This document shows, in pieces, positions 1-9,783 of a stretch of 64,000 bases of DNA. This DNA comes from Escherichia coli. Its GTDB lineage: Bacteria > Bacillota_I > Bacilli_A > RFN20 > CAG-826. The notes under the pieces are model-generated. The model worked only from the letters and a program-made list of their open reading frames with translations. It searched no databases and was not told the origin of the DNA. The translations under genes and the position numbers were made by a program. The stretch's first letter is position 1. Every line of letters starts with the position of its first letter. The stretch spans positions 15,685 to 79,684 of the forward strand of contig CAVGNR010000010.1 in NCBI GenBank assembly GCA_963630675.1, written 5' to 3'.

Positions 1-15
1 ATTTTTATTTGGGGC

Positions 16-1557
16 ATGTGGCTTTATGCCAAAGGAAGACTCAATGCAGGTAACGCTTGTTTGTTATTGGCTTTGATGGCAATGACGACAGCAATGTGTT
101 ATTCCTTTAGTACACCAATTTGGGATTATGGCCGTCATTGGAACCAACATGACGATTATTATGCGTCTACAGGCGGACAATATCTTATGCAAGATGGGAT
201 TCTTGATGGGGGATCAGGTCATTTTGGTCTTATTATGACTGTTTTCCGTACGGGAAGGGTACCAGAGATTATCTTTCAAAATGGCGCTTACGATTTCTCT
301 TTCTCGGCTGTAGGGGAGAGATATCAACCAAAGACCTTCTATATGCTTACGGGCTTTTTTATGAAGGTTAATTCCCTTATGGTTCATGGAGCGGAAGGAA
401 ACGTTTCTATTTCCTCCTATGTGATGAGCAACACGGAATGGACCTTATTTGAAATGAATAGAATCCTTTGGACGGGTTTTGTTTGGTTCACTTACTACTA
501 TATTTATAAAGCATTGACGGCTTTGGGATTAAAGGGCAAAGCCCTTCCTTTAGCCTACGCTTGCATTGTTTTTTGCCCGATGTTTTTCTTCTTTGCAAAT
601 TGGGATAACAATGATGGCATGTCCGCTTTCTTTGCTTTTGCGGCTCTTTATCGTGGCATTACTTTCATGAAAAAGAGAGATTGGAAGAGTGCTATGCTTT
701 GTGCTTTAGATATAGGACTTTCTATGTCTTGCAAACTTGGCGGAGCGATTGTTGCTTTGGCTCTTATTCCAATGCTTGCGGTCGCTTTCATAGATAGTCT
801 TCGAGCAAGCAAAGGACAAACTCTTTCTTTGAAAACACCTTGGGTTCAACTGCTTTTAAAAGGCGTTTGTTTTGCTTTGATTGTCTTTCCGATCGGTCTT
901 TTCTGGCCAATTTATAGCAAGATTCGTTTTGGACAAGATATTTTCTTCTTCTCTGATGCAAAGAATGAGCGGTTGCTTATCAATATCCCTCTTTGGCAAG
1001 CTTGTTTCCTTTGGCCGAACAAGGAAAGTTTTTGGTCCATCTTCGTTTATCATTTTCAATATCCTGAATGGAATATGATTCAAGATGTTTCCTTAACGAG
1101 CAATGTTTTGAAAAAAGCTCTTTATAACGAATATCAGTGGGGGCATTCTTATTGGCAACTTTCTGTTTTATACGCCACAGCATTTCTGCTTGTCCTTTAT
1201 GCTTTAGTAATGATTCCCATCCGTTTTGTTTTTGCTTTGATTAAAAGGAATAAGCCCAAAGATTGGAGAAGAAGCTTAGCTATCGCATCCATTCTTATTG
1301 CCAATTGGGGATGGCTTGTATGGTTTATTTATAAATCGCCATACACTTGCAATTGCGATATCCGTTACATTCCCACTTTCTTACTTGGATTCGGGGCTTT
1401 ATTTGGGGGCTATGTCGATTCAAGCGATAATATAAGCAATCCTAGATTAAAGAAATTGAACGATGTTTTTCAAATAGGACTTGTTTCTTGCTTCGTTATG
1501 GCTAGCATTGTTACATATATAAGCGTGTGTCAATGGTACGCGCCTTTGCATGTTTAA
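16..1557 (+). CDS. polytopic membrane protein, possible GT-C-type (PMT/ArnT-like) glycosyltransferase
   Basis: 513-aa ORF with many hydrophobic helices. The frame stays open to position 1, so the true start may lie outside the window. It sits directly upstream of a GtrB/CsbB-like GT2 gene. Confidence 0.45.
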   Translation: MWLYAKGRLNAGNACLLLALMAMTTAMCYSFSTPIWDYGRHWNQHDDYYASTGGQYLMQDGILDGGSGHFGLIMTVFRTGRVPEIIFQNGAYDFSFSAVGERYQPKTFYMLTGFFMKVNSLMVHGAEGNVSISSYVMSNTEWTLFEMNRILWTGFVWFTYYYIYKALTALGLKGKALPLAYACIVFCPMFFFFANWDNNDGMSAFFAFAALYRGITFMKKRDWKSAMLCALDIGLSMSCKLGGAIVALALIPMLAVAFIDSLRASKGQTLSLKTPWVQLLLKGVCFALIVFPIGLFWPIYSKIRFGQDIFFFSDAKNERLLINIPLWQACFLWPNKESFWSIFVYHFQYPEWNMIQDVSLTSNVLKKALYNEYQWGHSYWQLSVLYATAFLLVLYALVMIPIRFVFALIKRNKPKDWRRSLAIASILIANWGWLVWFIYKSPYTCNCDIRYIPTFLLGFGALFGGYVDSSDNISNPRLKKLNDVFQIGLVSCFVMASIVTYISVCQWYAPLHV

Positions 1558-1568
1558 GGAGAAGACTT

Positions 1569-2516
1569 ATGGATGAGATTGCCGTATTGATCCCTTGTTA
1601 CAACGAGGGGATTACCATAGCTAAAGTGATTCTAGACGCGAAGAAATATCTTCCTAATGCGACCATTTACGTTTATGACAATAACAGCACGGATAATACT
1701 GTTTCCGAAGCCCTTAAAGCCGGAGCCATTGTTAGAAAAGAAGCTCGCCAAGGCAAAGGAAATGTTGTTCGCAGCATGTTTCGTGATATCGATGCCGAAG
1801 TCTATTTAATGGTGGATGGAGATGATACATACGGGTTAGAAACTTCTCCAGAGATGGTTCGTCGTGTTAAAGAAGAAAACGTTGATATGGTTATTGGCGA
1901 TCGTCTTTCTGGAGCGTATTACACGGAAAATAAGCGCGCTTTTCATAACTTCGGAAATGATTTGGTCCGTTTCCAAGTCAATCATCTTTTCCATGCGAAT
2001 GTGAAAGATGTTATGACTGGCTACCGCGCTTTCTCTTATCGCTTTGTGAAATCCTTCACGATTTCTTCAAAGGGCTTTGAAATTGAGACGGAAATGACTT
2101 CTTTCGCCGCTAACCATAATCTGCTTCTATCAACGCTTCCTATCACATATCGTGATCGTCCTGAAGGCAGTTTCTCTAAACTTCATACGATTCGTGATGG
2201 ATTCAAAGTCTTAAAAACAATCGGAAGATTGTTCCGCGAATATCGTCCTTTAGCATTTTATTCCTTTTTCTTCCTTCTTTTTTCCGCTCTAGGCATTGGT
2301 TTCTTTATTCCTAGTTTCCTTGATTATCTTGCGAATGGAGGGAGGGAGAATCTCGCAATATTCCTCATTTGTTCTTTCTCTCTTTTTGTGGGTATACTTT
2401 GTCTCTTTTTAGGTCTTCTTCTTTCTTCCCTTCAAAAGAAAGAAAAAGAAGAATTCGAAAGATCCTTTATTCAGGCAGAGAGTATCTTTTCTTTAAAGAA
2501 AAATCAGAAATTATAA
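1569..2516 (+). CDS. family-2 glycosyltransferase, GtrB/CsbB-like polyprenol-phosphate hexose synthase
   Basis: ATG at 1569 is preceded by AAGGAGAAG. N-terminal IAVLIPCYNEG, a DGDD motif (MVDGDDTY), and two C-terminal TM helices match the GtrB/CsbB layout. Confidence 0.75.
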   Translation: MDEIAVLIPCYNEGITIAKVILDAKKYLPNATIYVYDNNSTDNTVSEALKAGAIVRKEARQGKGNVVRSMFRDIDAEVYLMVDGDDTYGLETSPEMVRRVKEENVDMVIGDRLSGAYYTENKRAFHNFGNDLVRFQVNHLFHANVKDVMTGYRAFSYRFVKSFTISSKGFEIETEMTSFAANHNLLLSTLPITYRDRPEGSFSKLHTIRDGFKVLKTIGRLFREYRPLAFYSFFFLLFSALGIGFFIPSFLDYLANGGRENLAIFLICSFSLFVGILCLFLGLLLSSLQKKEKEEFERSFIQAESIFSLKKNQKL

Positions 2517-4933
2517 GCAAAGAATATTTCCTTTAAACGAAGAAGCAAGCCAAAGCAACTGCCCGCTTTCATACCATCAAAGGAATCGAAATTAAGGCAA
2601 AGACACACGAATGCGGATATAAGCATTATGAGGAAGCCTCCTCCTAATACCCAATTTTGTACAGGCGTATCTTGAACTCTTTTTTGTAATTGCAAGAAAG
2701 TAAAGACAGAGATAATCGTTGCAAGATGGAAGAATTCAATTAAATAACGTGGGCAAACGCCTGCTTTAGAATAGGTTGTAAAAGCAAAAAAGAAGAGGAA
2801 GAAAGGGAAAATGATACCCATAATTTTCTCCGGGTTTTTAGCCTTTTTTAAGAAAAGGAAAGGTGCAAATAAACTTAACCAGAAGAAAGGGACCCCCAAT
2901 AAACCATAACAAGAAGAGACGTATGGGGCTAAAGCAGTGCTTTCAAAGCTATAACGTTGCACAGTGCAAGATATATAAGGGAAGACGTTATAGAAATTAC
3001 CCCCTTGGCAAAAGAAATGGAAGAAGGTTGGAAGAAGCTTTTCTGCCGAATAAGAAAGATATCTTTGATCGGTGATATTTAACTGATAAGATTGACCAAA
3101 CTCAAAAATAGAATCGAAACGAGCATAATTATATAAACAAGCAAGGATTCCTCCTGTAAGCAAGATTAGGAACATCGGAAGGAATTCGATGACTTTCTTT
3201 TTAGCGGAGGCCTCTTTTTCACGTAATATCCCCAATAAGAAAGGAAGAGCAAGCAATAATCCCAAAAACAAATTTGGGCGGCTAAAAACAAGAAAAACGA
3301 AAGATAATCCAGCAAGTGCTAAAGGAAGAATACGAAGTTTCTTTTTGCGATAAGCATGCAAGATAAAACCAAAGAAAAGGTCAAAGAAAGCCAACCCATA
3401 TATATCAGGAACGTGATAAATCGCTTCATGATAAACTCCATCCTTCCAAGTGTAGGCAAGAATCATCATGGAGGTAACACTTCCGAGGATAGCAAAGAAA
3501 AGATATTGTACCCAATCAAATTTCTTTTGCATGAGTTGGAAAATCTCAAGCAATACAAATAAGAAGGAAGGAATTAAAATAGCCATTCCGATGGTTTCTA
3601 ATCCGAAAGCCGTTAAAACATAACGCATTCCCGTTAAGAAATAAAAAGGGAAGGAAATTAAAAGGACAGGCATTGGCCCATAATAAGAATAATATTTGCC
3701 ATTATAGAAAGCATGGTCCCAATAATAGGAAACATTCGCCCAGCTTCTTTCTGAAGGATTCCAAGGGTTCTTTAAGGATAATAGTTTGGGATCAACAGCC
3801 AAATCCAAATCGATTCTCCCTTTTCTAAAAGCGTCGAAAAGAGAAACGAATATATCCGTTTTCCCGGTGGTAGAAGATATATGGGCATGAAGATCTTCGG
3901 TGGAAATAGGGTAGGGTGTAGCAAAATCAGCTATATTGCCCACCATATAGAAGAAAGTCCCTAAGATTAAAAGACAGGCAAATCCACCTAATATTAGATA
4001 AGGGGTTCTCTCTGAGATTTCTTTTCTGTTTCTATTAAGGAACGTACTTAAAGAAGAGAAGAAAAGCACAACGATGGAAAAGCTTCCAAATCGAAACAAA
4101 GAAAAATGAAAACGAAGGGGGACGTTTAGCGAAAAAGAAGAAAGAATGGCATTCGTAGGTGAGGCATAATATTCATCTTGGAAAGAAAAATCGATACGGT
4201 ATGCCTTGATTGTTTCTTCTGGATAAGTAGGCAAAGATAAGACATTAGAATTCCCGTTACTCGTATCAAGAAGGTAGTTTCCACCTTCACTGAAATTCAC
4301 TAAATCGGTAGAAAAAGAGATTTTTGCCTTAATGGTTGCTCCATTTCTTTCGGAGAAATTCAAATAGATGTTCTTCGGCTTCTCTTCTTCCCCCCAATTT
4401 AAGATGAAATAAGACCTATTCTGTAATTGGATACGCCCATCTTCTAATTTTTCATAGTTTCCTGATATGACAGAAGAAGTGCTAAGCGCATCAAAAGAAT
4501 AAGCATTCCCTCCTAAAGGATAGGCTTGGAGGTTGCTTGTAAAGCTTTCTAAGAAGATGCCTAGTAGGAGTAAGGAAGAGCATATCAGCTTCTTCTTGCT
4601 TGGCTTATTGCTTTTCCAAGGAAAGAAACGATAAGGATGAATGATAAGCAATAGAAGAGAGAGAAAGAAAAAAGGTAATGTCCCATTTAAGTAAGGGAAA
4701 CGAGGGAAACAGAAATAGAAAATCAAAGCAAAAAGAAAGCCTAAACCGAAAGGAATTCCGTAGCGGTAAAGATCGTCTTTAGAAAAAAGAGACTCCGAAG
4801 AATGTTCTTTTTTCTTCTTGAAAAGATGGCAAAGGAAATAAGCAAGAAACGCGATTAAATTTCCTAAAAACCAACTTAAAAATGCCATGGCAAAATTATA
4901 ATCCATGAAGATAAAGGTAAGCAACAAACCCAA
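2504..4933 (-). CDS. large polytopic membrane protein with an extracytoplasmic domain, possible GT-C glycosyltransferase
   Basis: 809-aa ORF with about 20 hydrophobic segments and a soluble insert around residues 140-290. It converges on the GT2 gene with a 13-nt overlap. The track start is TTG; an ATG alternative lies at 4906. Confidence 0.45.
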   Translation of the reverse strand: MGLLLTFIFMDYNFAMAFLSWFLGNLIAFLAYFLCHLFKKKKEHSSESLFSKDDLYRYGIPFGLGFLFALIFYFCFPRFPYLNGTLPFFFLSLLLLIIHPYRFFPWKSNKPSKKKLICSSLLLLGIFLESFTSNLQAYPLGGNAYSFDALSTSSVISGNYEKLEDGRIQLQNRSYFILNWGEEEKPKNIYLNFSERNGATIKAKISFSTDLVNFSEGGNYLLDTSNGNSNVLSLPTYPEETIKAYRIDFSFQDEYYASPTNAILSSFSLNVPLRFHFSLFRFGSFSIVVLFFSSLSTFLNRNRKEISERTPYLILGGFACLLILGTFFYMVGNIADFATPYPISTEDLHAHISSTTGKTDIFVSLFDAFRKGRIDLDLAVDPKLLSLKNPWNPSERSWANVSYYWDHAFYNGKYYSYYGPMPVLLISFPFYFLTGMRYVLTAFGLETIGMAILIPSFLFVLLEIFQLMQKKFDWVQYLFFAILGSVTSMMILAYTWKDGVYHEAIYHVPDIYGLAFFDLFFGFILHAYRKKKLRILPLALAGLSFVFLVFSRPNLFLGLLLALPFLLGILREKEASAKKKVIEFLPMFLILLTGGILACLYNYARFDSIFEFGQSYQLNITDQRYLSYSAEKLLPTFFHFFCQGGNFYNVFPYISCTVQRYSFESTALAPYVSSCYGLLGVPFFWLSLFAPFLFLKKAKNPEKIMGIIFPFFLFFFAFTTYSKAGVCPRYLIEFFHLATIISVFTFLQLQKRVQDTPVQNWVLGGGFLIMLISAFVCLCLNFDSFDGMKAGSCFGLLLRLKEIFFAYNF

Positions 4934-5027
4934 ATACAGGGGACTTCATTGCTTTCATTTGATATTTCTAACCCATGTTTAGAATAATCTTTCTTAAAAG
5001 AATCCCCTCTAATGAGATTATTTCTTT

Positions 5028-5153
5028 ATCTAGAACATCTAGAAATTATCTAGAAACATCTAGAAATTATCTAGAAACATCTAGAAATGTTTTAGACGTA
5101 AAATATTAAAATAGGCTATTCATCGAAAGAAAAATCTAGAAACATCTAGAAAT
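5028..5153. repeat. left copy of the long direct repeat flanking the AlbA_2 gene, rich in TCTAGAA words
   Basis: Matches 6673-6777 with 1 mismatch plus one extra 21-bp unit TATCTAGAAACATCTAGAAAT. It contains 7 TCTAGAA words. Confidence 0.9.
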
Positions 5154-5202
5154 AGTCTAGATACTAGTATAAAATTTAACAGGAATAAAAAGGAGGTGCT
5201 TT

Positions 5203-6678
5203 ATGAAAATTAACGAGCTATTTCCAGAAATAGATAATGAAAATTATGGTGTAGAATTGAAGGCTCGCTTATTAACTGGTCTCGATAAGCAAGGCAACGA
5301 TAACGAATTGAAATGGCTGAAGGAAATTGTTGCTTTCGCTAACACTCAAGGAGGCACCTTATTTGTGGGCGTTAACGATAAAACCCATGAATTGGAACCG
5401 TTAGATCATTCTGGGATTGATGAAGCAGCAAGACTTCTCTATCAAAAAGTGGAAGAAAGAATAGAACCTGATATTTCCTTAAGAATCAAAGAAATAAGCT
5501 TAGGTAAGGCATATAAAGATCAATATATTCTTCGTATCGATGTTGAAAAATCAGAAAAAACCCCTGTCTATGTTCATGTAAATGGGATACCTGTGTGTTA
5601 TATTCGTCAATTCGGTAGAGCGAAAACGGCCACCCCTGAACAAATTGCTCAGCTTGTTGTGAAATCCACAAGGATTGCATACGATTCGGTTTTGACTGAT
5701 GAAATCTATAAGGAAAAAGACTATCAGAAGTTAATTGCTAAATATGAAGAAACGAATCCTGGAAAAAAACTAGATGATAAGACTTTGATTTCTTTCGGAT
5801 TTATGAATAATGAAAAGCGTCTCTTTAAAGGTGCCTTATTATTCAAAGATAATTGCGAAGATTTAATAACTCTTGCTAAATGCTCTGTCTATCCTGGTTT
5901 TGATAAAGGCGGGAATGTTGTTTCCGCCTCTCAATCATATCAGGGATGTCTTATATCGGTCATTTACGAAGTTGTTGACTTTGTTAAAAACCATTCCACG
6001 ATTGGCTATAAAAAAACAAATGATTCGAGGATTGATCTCTCTTCTTATCCAGAAAGAGCGTTGTTTGAAGGGGTGGTTAACGCATTCGCTCATCGAAATT
6101 ATTTTATTTTTGGTTCAGAGATACAGTTTGATATTTTTAAAGACCGCCTAGAAATCACTTCGCCAGGATCGTTACTTGGTGGAAAGAACTTAGAACAAGA
6201 AAAACAAATTAGCCAAATTATGCCAAAAAGAAGAAATGAGCTTATTTGCAAAATACTGGAGTCTTTGCACATGATGGAAGCCAAAGGGACGGGCTTTGAT
6301 AAAATCGTTGAAGATTATCGTCAAGCTAAAGAATCTCAAAAACCATTTGTTAGTTGCAACGATGATTATTTTACTTTGACATTACCTGATTTGACCTTCC
6401 AAAAAGGGGTACTTGGTGAAGGCAATCCTTATCCTGAAATCCATCTTTTAAGGGAAATTGCCTCTTCCTACGATGAGAGAATTCTTTCTTGCTGTTACTT
6501 AAAGGAAAGAGCGATCACTGAAATTGCCTCTTTTTTACAAATATCTTCCTCTTCTCATCTTAGAAACGATATTCTCGAAAAACTAGTTGAAGAAGGATAT
6601 CTTTTTAAAACACAAAAAGGAAAAACGTTCTTTTATCTAACCAATAGGGCGAAGCTCGAAAAAGAAAATGCCATCTAG
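5203..6678 (+). CDS. Schlafen/AlbA_2-domain putative DNA-binding regulator (COG2865-like, C-terminal wHTH)
   Basis: RBS AAGGAGG upstream. N-terminal ELKWLKEIVAFANTQGGTLFVGVND is typical of AlbA_2. The central NAFAHRNY...ITSPG region and the C-terminal winged-helix-like tail fit this family. Confidence 0.7.
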   Translation: MKINELFPEIDNENYGVELKARLLTGLDKQGNDNELKWLKEIVAFANTQGGTLFVGVNDKTHELEPLDHSGIDEAARLLYQKVEERIEPDISLRIKEISLGKAYKDQYILRIDVEKSEKTPVYVHVNGIPVCYIRQFGRAKTATPEQIAQLVVKSTRIAYDSVLTDEIYKEKDYQKLIAKYEETNPGKKLDDKTLISFGFMNNEKRLFKGALLFKDNCEDLITLAKCSVYPGFDKGGNVVSASQSYQGCLISVIYEVVDFVKNHSTIGYKKTNDSRIDLSSYPERALFEGVVNAFAHRNYFIFGSEIQFDIFKDRLEITSPGSLLGGKNLEQEKQISQIMPKRRNELICKILESLHMMEAKGTGFDKIVEDYRQAKESQKPFVSCNDDYFTLTLPDLTFQKGVLGEGNPYPEIHLLREIASSYDERILSCCYLKERAITEIASFLQISSSSHLRNDILEKLVEEGYLFKTQKGKTFFYLTNRAKLEKENAI

Positions 6679-6777
6679 AACATCTAGAAATTATCTAGAA
6701 ACATCTAGAAATGTTTTAGACGTAAAATATTAAAATAGGCTATTTATCGAAAGAAAAATCTAGAAACATCTAGAAAT
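6673..6777. repeat. right copy of the long direct repeat flanking the AlbA_2 gene
   Basis: 105 bp, 104/105 identical to the left copy apart from the 21-bp unit it lacks. It starts at the penultimate codon of the gene (ATC TAG). Confidence 0.9.
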
Positions 6778-6847
6778 TCAAAAAACATAACCAATGTTAA
6801 AACCCATTCATTTTCTAAATGGTTCTGATGGTTTTTCTTTTTGAATA

Positions 6848-7012
6848 TTACTTTCCTTCTTTTTTCTTGGTCTTGTTATAGTCCTTTACAAGCTCTTTGG
6901 CTTTTCTAGAAACCTTTTTCTTTTTGAAAAGAAGGGGATATAGCTTATAGAAAATAACGGCAAGGATTGCTAAAGCAACACATAAAACAACAACGATATC
7001 TACCCAATTCAT
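6848..7012 (-). CDS. small single-TM protein translationally coupled to feoB (FeoB-associated small membrane protein-like)
   Basis: 54-aa ORF MNWVDIVVVLCVALAILAVIFYKLYPLLFKKKK..., not in the ORF track. Its ATG overlaps the feoB TGA (ATGA). It lacks the Cys-rich tail seen in some homologues. Confidence 0.5.
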   Translation of the reverse strand: MNWVDIVVVLCVALAILAVIFYKLYPLLFKKKKVSRKAKELVKDYNKTKKKEGK

Positions 7013-9126
7013 AAGCCACTCACCCCCATAAAACCATTACAGGCCCAGCCAATCGTCCCAATGATTGTAGATATTAGGTAGGCAATAAGTAATTCCATCC
7101 CCATGGTGAAGAGAAGCTTCTTTGTAGAACCTAACTCTCTTCTTAAGGTGGTTACTGCAGAGATGCATGGGATAGAGAAAAGATTAAAACAAAGGAAAGA
7201 TAAAGAAGTAAGTATTCCATTCGCATCCATCGTAGCAAGAAAAGAGAATGGCGAAGAGGGGGAGAGGATGTTACTTCCCCCACCTGCAATAACGGATAAA
7301 GAAGATACGACTTGTTCTTTGGCAATAAGGCCTTGTATAGCAGAAACCGTTAATCCCCAAGAATAATGCCCTCCGAAAGCAGGGATAAACAAATAGGCTA
7401 GAATCTTACCGATGCTTGCAAGAATAGAAGCAGAGACGTTCATTGAATCAAGATTCTTAAAGCTTCCAACGGGTCCAACATATTGCATACCCCAGGTGAA
7501 TCTTGTGAAGAACCATACCAAAAAGGTGCATAAAAAGATAGTGGTTCCCGCTCTTTCAAGGAAGTCTAATGTCTTGTCCTTTGCATCGCGATAAACATAA
7601 TACGCATTAGGCAGTTTATATTCCGGAAGTTCGGAGATAAAAGAGTCATCTCCATCCTTAAAGAAGAATTTCTTCAAGATGATGGCTGCTAGCAAGATTA
7701 TGGCAATAGAGAAGATATAGCAAAGGAAGGTTACTAACCATCCTGCTTTAGGAAAAATAAGGCTAGCTAAAAGAGACATAATAGGAAGTTTGGCATTGCA
7801 AGGAATAAAAGGAACGAGCATTGCTGTCATTTCTTTTTCCTTTGGATTTTCAACCGTTCTTGCCGTCATAATCCCTGGAACGGAGCAACCCGTACCGACA
7901 ATAAAAGGAATAATGGATTTGCCAGATAAACCGAATTTCTTAAAGACTGCGTCTAAGAAAAAGGCAATTCTAGACATATATCCTGTCGCTTCCAAAATGG
8001 ATAAACAAATAAATAACATCACTAATTGAGGAACGAAAGATAAAACAGTGGAGATACCTCCAATAATGCCGTTGGCAATCAAATCAGAAGCCCAAACGGA
8101 ACCGCCTGCATTTTCGATAGCATCGCCTAATATCGGCCCTAAGCCTTCTATCTCAAAAGGAACTTCATGGAAGAAAATGCTTATGGAAGTGGAACCGTTA
8201 AATAAAGCGTCGATGAAATCGCTCGTAATTGAGCCGACAACCCCAACCGATAAGAAATACATCAAACCGATTGCCAACAAGAAAATAGGTAAGGCTAAAA
8301 ACTTATTGAGGACGATTTTGTCTAATTTATCCGTCAAGGATTCTGGCATCGGACTTTGAGCGCAACATTCTTGTTTTATCTTCGTCACATACTGATAACG
8401 ACCATCCGCGATGATTTGTTCCGCGTCCATGTCGTATTTCTTTTCTAAGGATGCAACCTCTTTCTTTGTTGAGCCGTTATTCAATGCTTGATAAAAAGGA
8501 TCGTTTTCAAAGAGTTTTACGGCAGAGAAACGGAGCTCTCTCTTGTCTTCTAGTTCGTTATAGAGGTCATTTTGCAAATGATCCAATTCTTTTTCAACAT
8601 CTGGAGCAAAGATTTTCTTCTTCGGGTTTTTGCGATATTTTCTGTCTCGAATCAAAGAAATAAGGTCGTCAATTCCTTCCCCTGTTTTAGCGGAGATTCG
8701 TACAATGGATACGCCTAATTCTTCTTCAAGCTTCTTAAAATCGATATGGATGCCTTTCTTTTCTAGAATATCCGCCATATTCATTGCAACAATGACGTCC
8801 GCATCTAATTCCATTAACTGCGTTGTTAAATAAAGGGAACGTTCCATAGCGGTAGCATCTACGATATTGACAATTAAATCTGGATTGGCATCTAAGCAAA
8901 AAGAACGCGTTACTTGTTCTTCGCTCGTGTATGGGGAAAGAGAATATACCCCAGGAGTATCCACTAAAAGGAGACTCTTTTCACCTTTGATATATCCTTC
9001 TTTTCTTTCGATGGTCACGCCTGGCCAGTTACCGATTGTAGCGTTTTGACCAGTGAGGGCATTAAATAAAGTTGTTTTGCCAGCGTTCTGGTTACCAACT
9101 AAGCCGATTATCATTTTGTCACTCAT
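7009..9126 (-). CDS. feoB: ferrous iron transporter FeoB
   Basis: N-terminal G-domain GNQNAGKTTLFNALTG, DTPG, followed by a long polytopic permease domain. Confidence 0.95.
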   Translation of the reverse strand: MSDKMIIGLVGNQNAGKTTLFNALTGQNATIGNWPGVTIERKEGYIKGEKSLLLVDTPGVYSLSPYTSEEQVTRSFCLDANPDLIVNIVDATAMERSLYLTTQLMELDADVIVAMNMADILEKKGIHIDFKKLEEELGVSIVRISAKTGEGIDDLISLIRDRKYRKNPKKKIFAPDVEKELDHLQNDLYNELEDKRELRFSAVKLFENDPFYQALNNGSTKKEVASLEKKYDMDAEQIIADGRYQYVTKIKQECCAQSPMPESLTDKLDKIVLNKFLALPIFLLAIGLMYFLSVGVVGSITSDFIDALFNGSTSISIFFHEVPFEIEGLGPILGDAIENAGGSVWASDLIANGIIGGISTVLSFVPQLVMLFICLSILEATGYMSRIAFFLDAVFKKFGLSGKSIIPFIVGTGCSVPGIMTARTVENPKEKEMTAMLVPFIPCNAKLPIMSLLASLIFPKAGWLVTFLCYIFSIAIILLAAIILKKFFFKDGDDSFISELPEYKLPNAYYVYRDAKDKTLDFLERAGTTIFLCTFLVWFFTRFTWGMQYVGPVGSFKNLDSMNVSASILASIGKILAYLFIPAFGGHYSWGLTVSAIQGLIAKEQVVSSLSVIAGGGSNILSPSSPFSFLATMDANGILTSLSFLCFNLFSIPCISAVTTLRRELGSTKKLLFTMGMELLIAYLISTIIGTIGWACNGFMGVSGL

Positions 9127-9415
9127 TTTTATTACCTATTACAACGACATCGATGTTTTTTAAATCTTCGATACGCATCGCTAATTCGTATCCACGTAGC
9201 TCTATGTCAATTGGGTTACCAAATGGCGCGACTTTTTTCACTTTCACTGTAACGCCTCTGGTTATGCCCATATCTAAAAGATGTCTTTTTAATGCAGCAT
9301 TATCATTATGGAAGTCTAAGATTTTTGCAACTTGGCCTTTTCTTAAATCAGATAGATGGCCATGATCGCCTATTTTTAAGTTTTGGCGATGTTTCGTTGA
9401 ATCGTTAACGCTCAT
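9119..9415 (-). CDS. feoA: FeoA-family iron transport protein
   Basis: 98-aa SH3-like FeoA sequence (LSDLRKGQVAKI...GITRGVTVKV...PIDIELRGYELAMR). It overlaps the feoB start. Confidence 0.9.
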   Translation of the reverse strand: MSVNDSTKHRQNLKIGDHGHLSDLRKGQVAKILDFHNDNAALKRHLLDMGITRGVTVKVKKVAPFGNPIDIELRGYELAMRIEDLKNIDVVVIGNKNE

Positions 9416-9569
9416 ACTTATCCTCTATACTGGAATATTATAGCCTTTATCCTTATTAGAATATGCAAGGAAGCATTAAGCTTATTAAAAATGTAATAGT
9501 CTCCCTTGTTACTTAATGCTTTGATGAAATTCCATCGTTTATCATTCTTAAATCATCGATCAATAACAT

Positions 9570-9616
9570 AGTAAAAAGCCACGAAAGCAAAAAATATCGT
9601 TTCGTGGCTTTTTACT
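9570..9616. promoter_or_regulatory. perfect 17-bp-arm palindrome (AGTAAAAAGCCACGAAA / TTTCGTGGCTTTTTACT) between divergent feoA and the AAA ATPase gene
   Basis: Read directly. It has an A-run on the left and a T-run on the right, so it could act as a bidirectional terminator or an operator. A degenerate second copy lies at 9740-9775. Confidence 0.6.
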
Positions 9617-9739
9617 ATATGACTGTTCAAAAAGAACATCTTATTTCTAAAATGAAGAGAAATATGCATAAATACTAATTATCTTCTTATTTAATTGACG
9701 AAATGAATTGTAAAAAGGATAATATTTAAGAAAGGTCTT

Positions 9740-9775
9740 AGCCACGAAACGATATTTTTTAATCTCATGGCTTTT
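9740..9775. promoter_or_regulatory. degenerate second copy of the GCCACGAAA palindrome, immediately upstream of the ATPase start codon
   Basis: AGCCACGAAACGATATTTTTT matches one reading of the 9570-9616 hairpin. The distal arm has decayed to TCTCATGGC. Confidence 0.5.
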
Positions 9776-9783
9776 AATGATTT

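Noticed and set aside
5028-6777. Integron-like cassette with attC sites
   Set aside because: The same sequence flanks both ends of one gene in direct orientation, rather than a unique imperfect palindrome at each cassette 3' end. No intI gene or attI is present.
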